Shown: positions 28,800 to 39,479 of the stretch, piece after piece
Layout of the letters: each line of letters opens with the position of its first letter
Numbering within the stretch: the first letter of the stretch is position 1
Source of the DNA: a bacterium
Lineage (GTDB): Bacteria; Patescibacteriota; Dojkabacteria; JAKAPS01
NCBI GenBank assembly: GCA_021806925.1
Contig: JAKAPS010000005.1
Span: 80 to 64,079, forward strand
Length of the DNA: 64,000 bases
Reading direction: 5' to 3'
Position numbers and translations under genes: made by a program
The notes under the pieces: model-generated
Databases searched by the model: none
What the model saw: only the letters and a program-made list of their open reading frames with translations
What the model was told of the DNA's origin: nothing

Positions 28800-29756
28800 A
28801 TGGAAATAAAGCCTAAAATTGGATGCGAGTTAGAATTTAGATTTATTCCACCAGATGAAGATTATTCTTTAGAGCATAAAAGAAATGTAGATGCATTTAT
28901 TGAATCAGTACGTAAAGATCCAAAACTCCATAAGATTCTACAAACACCTGATGATAAATATGGTATTGATACTGGATTATCAATGATTGGTCAAATCTCA
29001 GCAGAATTTAGATTAAACCCTTTTATATTGGATGAATATATTAATGAAATAGAATTCTTTATTGAATATATAGTAGAAAAATGTAATGAATACCATATAA
29101 TCCCTATTGTAATAGCAAATCATCAACATATATCAATTACTGACATAAATGGTTTATCGAATGTTATGAATAATATTAATGATCTGAATGCAATAATGGT
29201 GGGCATTTTAGATGCGTATCATAGACTTTTTCCATTAACAAGGCTTCCTACAGAAAAAGGAGTTGCACAATATAATTTTGGATTGAAACAAAACGGCTAT
29301 CCCGATAGTGCTATGACACCTTCAGGGTATCCCTGTATGTTTAACCCGAACCCAATAAGGATTGAAACAAGACTAAACAATTCAGAATATATGTTTGACC
29401 CATGGACTACTCTGTTCGTTATATTACTAGGAGTATATAGAGGATTATTGCTATCTAATAATCCTGAGTTAATTGATAAAGATTATCCATTAGATGTTGG
29501 TTATCTTCCACTTGGTAAGGAGTTCATGTATAATTGTTCTCCAGATAACAATTATATCTTTGCTATACAGCATCTAGTAAATGATGAAATCGTTGGACAA
29601 TTTTTAAGTCAAGGTGTTGTTGCTATGCTTCGCCTTATAGCAGGTCTATATAATGATATTTCAAAAGGAAAAATTGGTAAAGAGGATGCATTTAAGTTAG
29701 TTAGAAAATGTAAAAAAGCTTTAGAAAAAAGTAACCGAAAAAGAAGAAATACATAA
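28800..29756 (+). CDS. GCS2-like carboxylate-amine ligase / glutamine-synthetase-fold amidoligase (putative)
   Basis: IGCELEFRF (compare YbdK GvElEf), HQHISI (compare HvHvgv) and IRIETRL (compare lEvRvcD) resemble glutamate-cysteine ligase family 2. The ORF-track start at 28731 may be upstream of the real start. Confidence 0.45.
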   Translation: MEIKPKIGCELEFRFIPPDEDYSLEHKRNVDAFIESVRKDPKLHKILQTPDDKYGIDTGLSMIGQISAEFRLNPFILDEYINEIEFFIEYIVEKCNEYHIIPIVIANHQHISITDINGLSNVMNNINDLNAIMVGILDAYHRLFPLTRLPTEKGVAQYNFGLKQNGYPDSAMTPSGYPCMFNPNPIRIETRLNNSEYMFDPWTTLFVILLGVYRGLLLSNNPELIDKDYPLDVGYLPLGKEFMYNCSPDNNYIFAIQHLVNDEIVGQFLSQGVVAMLRLIAGLYNDISKGKIGKEDAFKLVRKCKKALEKSNRKRRNT

Positions 29757-29797
29757 TTGATTTACATTACATCGCATTTAATATATATTATATTTGT

Positions 29798-31312
29798 ATG
29801 TTTAGAAGAATTCTTGTTACCTTTCTTATTGGAGTGTTTGCTTTTTCTGTAGTAAGTATTTCAATAGGTATACTTACAAATAAATACAATATCGCAAATG
29901 CAAATGTAAATCATTACTATTTCTCAATGGGTAATTTCACAAGTCAATCACCTGTAATGGATTTTAACTATGGAAGTAGTTTGCAACCATCAGTACTTTA
30001 TGTAGGAAATACGTATACTTTAAGTGAAACATTCACTATTAATAATCTATACCAAATAGATTTATATAACAAACATGATATATTAGGGTTGCAAGCAAAT
30101 AAAATACTTGAATCAGGTGGAATAAATTTGCAGAGTGGAAATGCAGGAATAACATTAGGAGCTTTAGATAGTAACAGACAAAGTGGAAACGATAATCAAG
30201 AAGCTGTAGCAAGTGACGGAACAACAGTTATAGGGAGTGGAAAATACTTCAATCAATATTTATGCGGAGATAGCGAATATAGTGTGATTCCATATGATTC
30301 TAGTCAAATAGGGAAAACATATACAATTACATGTAATTTCACACCTAAAACAACAGGATACTTTCAAATTGATGCAGTTGATTATGCATTTCAACATTAT
30401 CAACAAAATCAAGGATTATCATGTTCAGATGGTTATTGTGGAGCTCAGTATGCAGTATTTTTAAGAGTAGTTAACAAGTCTCCAACACCAACACCTACTC
30501 CTACACCGACTCCAACTCAAACTCCACCACCTGAATTTGCAACTACATTAAATGGAAATGTATTTTCACAGAATGGTTACGTAAACACAACTAATACATC
30601 AGTTCCTTTCTCAACATATATTCTTAGTGAGGAATCTAGTTCTGGAAATACTAATAGCGTAAAAAGCCTGTATAACTGGGATTTTGATAACTATATATCA
30701 GGATACAATAGTGTTGATAAAACCCAATATATAAAATATGGATATTCATATTTTAAAAATGAGTTGTGCCAAACAAATACATGTACAACACAAACTACAA
30801 ATACAATAACAAATTCAAGTCAATTTGTAACTGGTGTCAATTTGTATAACAATGGGTTAAACATTGATGGAACAAATGGTGATCTTCCTATCAATGGTAT
30901 ATTAATTGTTAACGGTGATGTTAATATAACAACAGATGGATATAACAAAACATTCCTTAATAGCAATGGAAACTTATTGATCATTTCAAATGGTAATATT
31001 AATATAAATCCACCACAAAACGAATGTACTAACTGCTCGAATAATGGTTATAGTTACCTAAATGCAGGGCTAATATCAGATAAATCAATAAATTTTAATT
31101 CAAGTATAGGAAATAACAATAACACATTACCTTTAATAGATCAGGGGATTGTTGTTGGATACACAAATGTTAATTTCTATTATTCATATCTATATAAATT
31201 AAATAATTTGACTATACCAAAAGTTGATATAGAATATAACCCGAATTTGATACTTTTAGTTAGTCAATATTTTCCAACAGTAGACCAGGTATCAATTACG
31301 TATAGTCTATGA
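29798..31312 (+). CDS. secreted/surface protein with a (PT)n linker and a C-terminal domain shared with the downstream giant protein
   Basis: N-terminal signal anchor and a PTPTPTPTPTPTQTPPPE linker. The C-terminal ~250 aa are homologous to the C-terminus of ORF 31309-34602 (LYNWDF/LYNWQF, YGYSYF/YGYSYL and GNININP segments). Confidence 0.5.
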   Translation: MFRRILVTFLIGVFAFSVVSISIGILTNKYNIANANVNHYYFSMGNFTSQSPVMDFNYGSSLQPSVLYVGNTYTLSETFTINNLYQIDLYNKHDILGLQANKILESGGINLQSGNAGITLGALDSNRQSGNDNQEAVASDGTTVIGSGKYFNQYLCGDSEYSVIPYDSSQIGKTYTITCNFTPKTTGYFQIDAVDYAFQHYQQNQGLSCSDGYCGAQYAVFLRVVNKSPTPTPTPTPTPTQTPPPEFATTLNGNVFSQNGYVNTTNTSVPFSTYILSEESSSGNTNSVKSLYNWDFDNYISGYNSVDKTQYIKYGYSYFKNELCQTNTCTTQTTNTITNSSQFVTGVNLYNNGLNIDGTNGDLPINGILIVNGDVNITTDGYNKTFLNSNGNLLIISNGNININPPQNECTNCSNNGYSYLNAGLISDKSINFNSSIGNNNNTLPLIDQGIVVGYTNVNFYYSYLYKLNNLTIPKVDIEYNPNLILLVSQYFPTVDQVSITYSL

Positions 31313-34300
31313 AAAGAATCACTTTATTAAAGAAAATATCAATTCCGATTTGTTTTTCTTTAATATTCATATTCTTCTATGTATTTGTAATAAAAGGAAA
31401 TGTACTGTTAAATGCAACAGTATTTTCTCAAACTAGCTTGCCATATTGTGGCTCTCTTGCAAACCCATCGAGTCAATATGTTTGTAACAGTGGAAGCAGC
31501 TATCACTTATGCTATGATTTCAATGATAGCCAGTACAGTGCTTATGGTATATATGTATCAAATCAATGTACAGGCAGTGGGCAATGTGCTCCTCCTCCTG
31601 CCGGATTTTACCAAAATACATGGGCAGGAGGACAATGTTGTGCAAAGGTTGTGAATTCACCACTTGGTAAGACATGTGCTACAATTGATTATTACGATCA
31701 ATCTGATGACTTACCAATCAATTGCGGATTCATTGATTCTGGTGCTACTACAAGATGCACAGATTATAATAGCCTAGCAATATACCCCCACTTGGCCTGG
31801 GCATCATATTGTTCAGGGGACACTAACGCAACATGCACAGGATCCAATTCAAGCCAGTGTTCAAGCGAAACAGGTTATGGACTTTACAGCAGCGGAGTAA
31901 GCAGTTATTGCTGGAATGCATACTATTATTACACAAACTATCAAGAGTATTATTATCAAAGAATCCCTACAATAACAGGGGGAAGCATATATAACAATAG
32001 TACAAATCAATATGTAGCAAGTGGTTCTACACAGATGTTTAACAATAGGATAACTGATTCAGTAAGTTTAAATACTTGGAGTGGCGTAACATCTACATCA
32101 TGGAAAGAAGTTATAACTGACAATATTGATAATAAATCAAGCACATATTATGGTAGCGGTGGGTCATTCACTTACACATTAAATTCAGGTAGTATATCAA
32201 ATCCAACACCAAATGAAACTTTTCACTATTATGTTACATTTACTGAATACTATAACGGAGGCAGTCAATCATGGTCATCTAGTTTAAGTGCAGTAAACCC
32301 TCCTCCAAAACCAGTAATAAGCTCAATATCAATATATGATAACAGTTTAAGCAGGGGACTAAATTCAGGTGATACAGGATTATACTCTGACAGCATAACA
32401 GCATCCCCTTCTATTAATACTACATACATAACTAGGGACTGGAAAGAGAATGTAACTGCAAGCGGAGGAGGTAATACTACCATTGACCTTGGTTCATCTT
32501 CAAACATAACCTTTAATTTAAATGCCATAGTAGGAACACCATCTCCAGGAGAGAAATACACCTTTAATATAACGCTTAATGTCAATAATACAAGTGGAAG
32601 TGCATCAAGCTCATTTACTTTATACATGTATATCCCAGTAAATTTCTCTTTTTCATGTCAATCTAATGCCGAAAGCTTACTTGCTGCATCTAATCCATTA
32701 ATTGAGTATGATAATAGCCCGACTAATCCTTGTAGCAATTGGAGTGTATTAGCAAATAACTATATTAAGACAAGCGGTAGCAACTATAACTCATCATTTG
32801 AGGCATCTAATAGAGATAGTATAGTTTATTTCCCTGGAACTGATAATGTTGCAATGCTAACTGGAGCAGGATCAAATAATATATGGATAGTAAAGTGGCA
32901 ATTTGAAAATTCTTCACTTCAAAATATTGTAAACCCTAGTACAGTGCAAGTTGCAATTCTTGTAAATAACACAACAACGCCAACTGATCTCACAATAAGC
33001 TATGCTTCTAACCAGCCTAATAGTCTATTTGTGTCTCAGTATTCACAAAATTCAAGTATATTAAACATACCTTGGAATGTAATTAGTGCAGATGAAAATA
33101 GCTTTTTAAATAACGTACCCTTTTCACCAATTAATGCTAATAACTATATATTCTACAGGTACAATAAAAGCCTATATGCAAATGGTATTATAGCTGATGG
33201 AAATAACTTGTATTGGGGAATGATTGATAGAACTACCAATACAAACTATATATATGAATTCAATATTCAGAATGGTTCTATAACACAAAAATGGGACTTG
33301 GGTTCAACAGGTACAAGTCAAACAGGTGTTCTTCAAAATGGAAAAAGAGTCAGATTTTTGAATTCATGGTGGTCTGTTGATGGATTATCAGTTTCGCCTG
33401 ATGGGAAGTATGTATTTGCCGTATCACAACAGGGGATTTTAATATGGGTAATTCAAAATGCACAGGGAACAAGCCCTTCAATGCTTGGATACGCTCCAGT
33501 ATTAACTGGAACTACTGACCTTTCTAAAGAAAGCGGACTTCAAGGGCTTGATGGTATTGCAGTTGACCCAAATGGTCAGATATATTTTGTTCTGTATAAC
33601 CAAGGAATATATAGTACATCTGAAACTCAATTGATAAATGCAGCAAGTGAGAATGGTAATTCATTTTTACAATATGGTACAAATATATACATATACGCAA
33701 ATGCAACTGTAAATGCACAAGCATTTATTACAGGAAATTTTGATGATATTGCTCCATTATCATTTCCAGGAGCTCCAACAATAACCCCTGCAAAGTGGAT
33801 GAATACAATGGGGGCAAATGTTTTCTCCCAATATGGATACGGTTCTCTCCAAAATCCATTAAATCTGAATTTCAGTGAGTATGGATTATTCGATAATACA
33901 AACAAAGTAAATAAATATGCTTCACTATATAACTGGCAATTCTCAAGTTATACATCTATGGATAATTCAATTAACGGAAGTATAACACCAGTGTACGGAT
34001 ACAGTTATCTTATGGATGATATTTGTAACAATAGTGGAAAAAATAAATGTAATACTGTATCAACTTCTTCACTTCCATCTAACACAATTAATGGAAGTGT
34101 AGCTTTAAATGGAGTTAACATATTAAATGGAAATATTACAATTGACGCAAGTAGCGGTGGAATACAAACTACAGGAATACTTTTTATTAACGGTAACCTT
34201 ACAATAACTCCAGATAGTAGTAACACATTTTTCAGCAATTCACAAGATAGGCTTCTTGTAATTGTATCTGGAAATATTAATATAAATCCTAATTCATATT

Positions 34301-34602
34301 ATTGCTCAGGAACAAATTGTAACTCCAACCTTTATTATCAATACATCAATTTAGGATTAGTATCCAATGGAAGTATTACTGTAAACCCATATGTTAATAA
34401 TCTATCATTTCCAAACTATATGGAACCTCTTGTTATCTCTGGAGTAGGTATATTTTATGGAGGAATAACACAGAAACTTGATATTGGAAATCTTGATTTA
34501 TATGACCCTGCCGTAAAGTTTAATTATGACCCAACTTTGATACTTCAAAATGAAAATTTCTTTACAGATTCTCAACTTGTCAGCCAACAATTAGGGCTAT
34601 AG
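31309..34602 (+). CDS. large (1097 aa) secreted Cys-rich surface protein with a beta-propeller-like middle and shared C-terminal domain
   Basis: Signal anchor, then ~170 aa with more than 25 Cys, S/T/N-rich repeats, and YVFAVSQQG / LDGIAVDPNGQIYFV propeller-like blades. The C-terminal domain is paralogous to that of the upstream gene. Start overlaps the upstream stop (ATGA). Confidence 0.5.
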   Translation: MKRITLLKKISIPICFSLIFIFFYVFVIKGNVLLNATVFSQTSLPYCGSLANPSSQYVCNSGSSYHLCYDFNDSQYSAYGIYVSNQCTGSGQCAPPPAGFYQNTWAGGQCCAKVVNSPLGKTCATIDYYDQSDDLPINCGFIDSGATTRCTDYNSLAIYPHLAWASYCSGDTNATCTGSNSSQCSSETGYGLYSSGVSSYCWNAYYYYTNYQEYYYQRIPTITGGSIYNNSTNQYVASGSTQMFNNRITDSVSLNTWSGVTSTSWKEVITDNIDNKSSTYYGSGGSFTYTLNSGSISNPTPNETFHYYVTFTEYYNGGSQSWSSSLSAVNPPPKPVISSISIYDNSLSRGLNSGDTGLYSDSITASPSINTTYITRDWKENVTASGGGNTTIDLGSSSNITFNLNAIVGTPSPGEKYTFNITLNVNNTSGSASSSFTLYMYIPVNFSFSCQSNAESLLAASNPLIEYDNSPTNPCSNWSVLANNYIKTSGSNYNSSFEASNRDSIVYFPGTDNVAMLTGAGSNNIWIVKWQFENSSLQNIVNPSTVQVAILVNNTTTPTDLTISYASNQPNSLFVSQYSQNSSILNIPWNVISADENSFLNNVPFSPINANNYIFYRYNKSLYANGIIADGNNLYWGMIDRTTNTNYIYEFNIQNGSITQKWDLGSTGTSQTGVLQNGKRVRFLNSWWSVDGLSVSPDGKYVFAVSQQGILIWVIQNAQGTSPSMLGYAPVLTGTTDLSKESGLQGLDGIAVDPNGQIYFVLYNQGIYSTSETQLINAASENGNSFLQYGTNIYIYANATVNAQAFITGNFDDIAPLSFPGAPTITPAKWMNTMGANVFSQYGYGSLQNPLNLNFSEYGLFDNTNKVNKYASLYNWQFSSYTSMDNSINGSITPVYGYSYLMDDICNNSGKNKCNTVSTSSLPSNTINGSVALNGVNILNGNITIDASSGGIQTTGILFINGNLTITPDSSNTFFSNSQDRLLVIVSGNININPNSYYCSGTNCNSNLYYQYINLGLVSNGSITVNPYVNNLSFPNYMEPLVISGVGIFYGGITQKLDIGNLDLYDPAVKFNYDPTLILQNENFFTDSQLVSQQLGL

Positions 34603-34639
34603 ACTACTAGACCAGTTATATAGTATAATTTGAATTGCT

Positions 34640-34810
34640 ATGGGAGCATTACCAAAGAGGAAACCATCACATTCAAAAACAAGAATAAGAAGGCAGACAA
34701 AGAAAGCAACAGTTCCTGCACTTATAAAGTGTGAAAGCTGCGGAGAAATGAAGAGAGCAGGATTTGTTTGCAAAAATTGTGGTAAATATAAAGGGAAGAA
34801 ATTAGTTTAA
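34640..34810 (+). CDS. rpmF: 50S ribosomal protein L32 (56 aa; below the ORF-track size cutoff)
   Basis: The translation MGALPKRKPSHSKTRIRRQTKKATVPALIKCESCGEMKRAGFVCKNCGKYKGKKLV has the L32 N-terminal PKRK.S and a CxxC...CxxC zinc ribbon. Confidence 0.8.
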   Translation: MGALPKRKPSHSKTRIRRQTKKATVPALIKCESCGEMKRAGFVCKNCGKYKGKKLV

Positions 34811-34817
34811 TTCTTTT

Positions 34818-35234
34818 ATGAAATCTACATATGACCCTAGACATAGAGTCAGAGAAGAAGCATTTAAATTAATATTTAAATGCCTTTTTAATTCTAACGT
34901 TCTTAATAAAGAAAATGTACAAGATAATGGGTCTGTTAATGAATTTAACAAGATAAATTTAATTAACGGCGTAAATAGATATAGGGAGATAGTTGATAGT
35001 ACTATACTATCTCATAGTTCAAGAAATACAACAAATATTAATCATATAAACAAAGTAGATCTTGCAATTCTTGAACTAGCAGTATATGAATTACTTTATC
35101 TTGATACACCTAAGATAGTGGTGATTGATGAAGCAATAGAAATAGCAAAAAAGTATGGAAGTGATTCATCTTCATCATATATAAATGGAGTGCTGGCAAA
35201 TATTGTTAAAGAGAATAATGAGAAAACTAAGTGA
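34818..35234 (+). CDS. nusB: transcription antitermination factor NusB
   Basis: NusB-like helical protein of 138 aa, immediately upstream of rnc. Confidence 0.7.
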   Translation: MKSTYDPRHRVREEAFKLIFKCLFNSNVLNKENVQDNGSVNEFNKINLINGVNRYREIVDSTILSHSSRNTTNINHINKVDLAILELAVYELLYLDTPKIVVIDEAIEIAKKYGSDSSSSYINGVLANIVKENNEKTK

Positions 35235-35898
35235 ACTTGAAGAGAAGATTAAAATTCTATTTTCCGATAAAAAGATATTAAGATTAGCATTTATTCACAG
35301 ATCATTTTTAAATGAATCAGGTGAAAAAGAAAACAATGAAAGACTTGAATTTCTTGGTGATGCTGTACTTGAGATAATTGTATCAGACTATATATTTAGG
35401 AATATTAGCGAAAAGGAAGGCATATTAACAAGTATACGAAGTGCAGTTGTGAAAATGGAATCCCTAGCAGAAATCGCAAGAGAATTATCACTTGGTGATT
35501 TTCTTTATATGGCAAAGGGAGAAGATCAAACTGGTGGAAGGAATAGGGAATATATACTTGCAAATACATTTGAAGCATTACTAGGTGCAATATATATAGA
35601 TAAAGGAATAGACACATGTAGAGAGTTTCTACTTCCGCTATTAAACACAAGAATAGATAGCGTATACAAAGAAAAATCTTTTATTGATTCGAAAACTAAA
35701 TTACAGGAGTTATCACAAAGTAAATTCAAACAAGCACCTCAATACTTTATTGTCAGTGAAACTGGACCTGACCATGATAAAACATTTACCTCAAAAGTTG
35801 AGATAAACTCAAAAATATATGGAAAAGGCGAGGGAAAGACTAAACAATCAGCAGAAGAGAATGCAGCTAAGGAAGCATTAAAAGAATTGAACAAATAA
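35218..35898 (+). CDS. rnc: ribonuclease III
   Basis: RNase III signature ERLEFLGDAVLE and a C-terminal dsRBD (GPDHDKTF...GEGKTKQSAEENAAKEALKEL). A start at the MRKLSELEE Met is more likely than the upstream Met in the ORF track. Confidence 0.85.
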   Translation: MRKLSELEEKIKILFSDKKILRLAFIHRSFLNESGEKENNERLEFLGDAVLEIIVSDYIFRNISEKEGILTSIRSAVVKMESLAEIARELSLGDFLYMAKGEDQTGGRNREYILANTFEALLGAIYIDKGIDTCREFLLPLLNTRIDSVYKEKSFIDSKTKLQELSQSKFKQAPQYFIVSETGPDHDKTFTSKVEINSKIYGKGEGKTKQSAEENAAKEALKELNK

Positions 35899-36437
35899 CC
35901 TATCAAAAACCTTAGGGAAAGATTACACAACAATTGCAACCTATATACAAAATTTTACATGATTGGTTGGTGGGAAGTACTAAGGTAAATAAAGATGGGT
36001 ATACTTTGGGAAGGAATGCAGAAGAATATATTTAGACAATACTAATTTACTTTATGCGTTAGATGTCAAATAGGAAAAACAATTTATAGGCTCATTAAGA
36101 GAACTCCTTGTTATAAACAATTTAAGTAATGCTAGTTATCTCACGTACATTGTTCACAACCTCGTGACACATGAATCAGAAAATAACATATTTAAAATTG
36201 GTGAAAAAAAGCAGATTTACAACAAAACAAATTAAGCATACATCAAGTAATTATGGGCAATATTCTTGTAACAATTAAAATGTATATATGTATTTTTTTA
36301 TTTATTTTGTTTTATTATATATTAAAGCCTAATCTCATTAAAAACATATGCTTAGATAGGTAAAAATGGGTGTAATTAAACAAGAAACGTTAAAAGCTTG
36401 AAATATATGATATTTTGTTATAAAATAGATAAGATTT

Positions 36438-36674
36438 ATGGTAAAAGTAAGATTAACTCGTATTGGAAAAAAGCATAGACCAGCATATAGGTTAATTGCT
36501 ATTGACTCAAGGAAAAGGGCAACAGGAAAACCTTTGGAATTCTTAGGTAACTATGATCCAATTAATTCTGTATTGAATATAAAGACAGAATTAGTTGATA
36601 AATGGGTAAAATCAGGTGCTCAAGTATCAAAAAGAGTTATAAAACTACTAGAAAAATATAAAGCAAATGAATAA
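36438..36674 (+). CDS. rpsP: 30S ribosomal protein S16
   Basis: MVKVRLTRIGKKHRPAYRLIAIDSRKRATGKPLEFLGNYDP matches S16. Confidence 0.85.
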   Translation: MVKVRLTRIGKKHRPAYRLIAIDSRKRATGKPLEFLGNYDPINSVLNIKTELVDKWVKSGAQVSKRVIKLLEKYKANE

Positions 36675-36906
36675 TAAAATTGACTACAAAGAATCATTAA
36701 CACAATTATTAAAAAGTTTTAATCTTGAAGGAATTGAAGTTTCAATTGAAGATAGAGAAGGGGAGTACCATTTAGTTATAACTGCTCCAGATGAAGCAAA
36801 AGGTAAAATAATTGGTAAACAAGGCAAGAATATTAACGCAATCAGATCAATATATAGAGCAATCGCATCAAATAATGGTGAGAGAATATCTATATCTGTA
36901 GAATGA
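36667..36906 (+). CDS. KH-domain RNA-binding protein (YlqC-like)
   Basis: GKIIGKQGKNINAIR is a KH GXXG motif. The position downstream of rpsP is conserved. Confidence 0.7.
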   Translation: MNNKIDYKESLTQLLKSFNLEGIEVSIEDREGEYHLVITAPDEAKGKIIGKQGKNINAIRSIYRAIASNNGERISISVE

Positions 36907-37135
36907 TATACAAATATACTGCTTTACTAAGGTGTCTAAACACATTGGAAGTAATGCCATAAATTCCAATGAACATATTCCAAGTTTTGAAGTATAAGTA
37001 ATAATATTGACTAGATAAGGCATAGAGTGGCATAACTTAATTATCCTATTTTTAGGCATTATGATTTTTAAATATTCACATAATTCTTCTTGAGGTATAC
37101 TAAGTTCTTGGATTAAAACTTCATCATCATATACT

Positions 37136-37396
37136 TTACATTTTATGTTTCTTAATATTTGTTAATGCTTCCTCTAATGTATATTCTTTTCCTAGTGTTC
37201 TCTTGATTCCAAGATATACTATTAATGTTAAGAATATTAAAAATATAAAACCTCTAAAATTCTTCTCACTGTGTATTCTTAATAGTAAAAGGTTAAGATC
37301 ATTTTTCGATATTCCAAATATTTGTTCTGACATTTGTCTTGTGTAATACAATGGAACTATTTCATTAATCGTAACTTCTTTACTTGTAATAAGCAT
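37136..37396 (-). CDS. small hypothetical membrane protein (frame open further upstream without an ATG)
   Basis: One TM (FRGFIFLIFLTLIVYLGI). The reading frame extends upstream to ~37520 without an in-frame ATG, so it may use a non-AUG start. Confidence 0.25.
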   Translation of the reverse strand: MLITSKEVTINEIVPLYYTRQMSEQIFGISKNDLNLLLLRIHSEKNFRGFIFLIFLTLIVYLGIKRTLGKEYTLEEALTNIKKHKM

Positions 37397-37789
37397 AAAT
37401 ATTCCTTTTGTATTTAACTCTACATCAAATTCTTTATAGGGGATTTTATCTTTAAGTGCTGATAGAATTAATTTTTCGCATTTCCTTTCTTTTGTAGATC
37501 GAGAACAATATATGAATACACTTCATGCCCCCGAATAAATCAATCTTTTGTATCTAATAAAACTCATAAATAATACATAGTGCCTATATAGACAACATTA
37601 TGTATTATCTCTGTGTGCCACTCGTAAATACCTATTCAATAACCTTTATTTTGTATTAATAACCATGATGCCTACTTTATAGGGAATTAAGTATAATAAG
37701 AAGGCGTTCCCAAATTGGTAAATAAAGAGTTATTTAAGAAGAAGATAAAAAAAATATGAGCAGTTGCAGAAACAAATTGTATTTTCTTC

Positions 37790-38824
37790 TTATAGTTCCT
37801 TAGTTTTCATAGCAAGCCCAAGTGCTATACTAAATGTGTTCTGTATACTTTTGTTTTTATCTTCATGTGTGTCTTTCACATTTACCCATGGATTACCAAT
37901 TTGAACCTCTATACCAAAAATTTGAGTCAGGTAAACAACTAATCCGGGTAGATTACACCCACCACCTGTAACAATAACCCTGGATGGAATACTATCAGGT
38001 GCATTTATTTTAAAGTATTCTATAGCTCTTGTAACGTCTGTACATATTGAATCAACAACCAATTTTATTGATCGATATATTCTACCATCAAGCTGACTCT
38101 CATCTAACCCATAATTCTTTTTATACTCTTCAGCCTGTGCATACTCAAGACCAAAATCCTGCATTACTGCTTTAGTCATTGAATTAGATCCAGTTGATAT
38201 TGACTGTGAATATATCAATTCAGAATTACGAATAACTGCAAGTGTTGAACTATCAAATCCTATATCTAATATAACGCTTGTTGTTTTATCTTCTGGTATC
38301 AAAAATGGTCTTGATAAACTTGCTGCTGCTGTCTCAATTGCGACAATCTGCAATCCACAATCCTTAAACAACCTTATATAGTAATTAACAAGTGTCTTTG
38401 ATACTGCAACAATAAATATATTCCACATTCTAACTCCATCAGATGAATACGACTCACCAACTTTTCTATAACTCAAATTGACCTCATCGAGAGGAATTGG
38501 AATATATTGCTTAGCTTGCCAATGTATTGCTTCTGCAATTTGAGAATCCTCCATATATGGAATTTGAATAAGTCTTGATGATACAAAATTCTCAGGTATT
38601 GATACACACACTTTTTTAAATTTTGTTTGAAGCTCCTTAACTCCAGATTTAATAGCTCCTATCAACTCCATTCTATCCTGTTCATTTTCACTTCCAATAG
38701 AATTTTTTGGAGTAGTTACAAAAGATTCATTAACAGAGAAAAAATTCTTTGAATCAGTTCTAAGTTGTACAGATTTAACTGTACTATGCCCTAAATCTAT
38801 ACCAAAATAATCTATTATTTTCAT
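37790..38824 (-). CDS. pilM: type IV pilus assembly protein PilM (actin-like ATPase fold)
   Basis: N-terminal FGIDLGHSTVKSVQL and an overall PilM/FtsA-like fold. Confidence 0.8.
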   Translation of the reverse strand: MKIIDYFGIDLGHSTVKSVQLRTDSKNFFSVNESFVTTPKNSIGSENEQDRMELIGAIKSGVKELQTKFKKVCVSIPENFVSSRLIQIPYMEDSQIAEAIHWQAKQYIPIPLDEVNLSYRKVGESYSSDGVRMWNIFIVAVSKTLVNYYIRLFKDCGLQIVAIETAAASLSRPFLIPEDKTTSVILDIGFDSSTLAVIRNSELIYSQSISTGSNSMTKAVMQDFGLEYAQAEEYKKNYGLDESQLDGRIYRSIKLVVDSICTDVTRAIEYFKINAPDSIPSRVIVTGGGCNLPGLVVYLTQIFGIEVQIGNPWVNVKDTHEDKNKSIQNTFSIALGLAMKTKEL

Positions 38825-38846
38825 ATGTTTATATATACATAATATA

Positions 38847-39479
38847 TCAGATATTAAAATTCTTAAGCAATAAATTACTGCTAAGTGAAAAATAGTTATA
38901 GACTAAATCTACACTATCTACCTGATTACTTAGCATATCTCCATTCTCATTTACACTTAAAAGAACATTAATATCCTGATTAGTTTCCATATCATTTAAA
39001 AGAGACATTAATTGACTACCTGTACAATTCAATTTCAAATCAACCTCAGACACATTAGCATTCTGATTTAAATTACTCAAAATGTTGCTAATATTAGTTA
39101 CTGCAGAAAGATTTAAATTAACACTCTGTACAACACAGTCGTTTTTCTGAGCCAATTGTTCAATACTATTTAATAAAAGACCATTATCAAGATAATCAGG
39201 TAATGTATTATTAAGATTTGATAATTGGCTTGTTAATTTATTCTGTGCAGCAGTTGAACTATTCGATTTGTAAAGTGCTAGATTATTTACATCAGTTTGT
39301 ATCTCCTCTTTATATTGTATATCAGAGTTATAGTTATTAATTATTCCGTAGAATAGGGGAATATATGCAAAAATAAAAAGGATTATAATTACAATAGATC
39401 CAAAAACAGGAATAATATATCCCCTTACAAAATGAAGTATCAAATCAAAAGTATCTTTATTTAAATCAATGTCCTTCAT
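38847..39479 (-). CDS. pilO: type IV pilus assembly protein PilO-like
   Basis: Single N-terminal TM followed by a coiled coil and an S/N-rich periplasmic domain. Adjacent to pilN. Confidence 0.5.
   Translation of the reverse strand: MKDIDLNKDTFDLILHFVRGYIIPVFGSIVIIILFIFAYIPLFYGIINNYNSDIQYKEEIQTDVNNLALYKSNSSTAAQNKLTSQLSNLNNTLPDYLDNGLLLNSIEQLAQKNDCVVQSVNLNLSAVTNISNILSNLNQNANVSEVDLKLNCTGSQLMSLLNDMETNQDINVLLSVNENGDMLSNQVDSVDLVYNYFSLSSNLLLKNFNI

Noticed and set aside
35899-36437. The ~540-bp ORF-free region upstream of rpsP as a structured ncRNA (for example RNase P RNA, 6S or tmRNA)
   Set aside because: I could not find conserved motifs of these RNAs (no tRNA-like T-loop GGTTCGA, no RNase P P4 GGAAA...ACNRAA context). 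It most likely contains only the rpsP promoter (TTGAAA...TATAAAAT). A covariance-model search would be needed.
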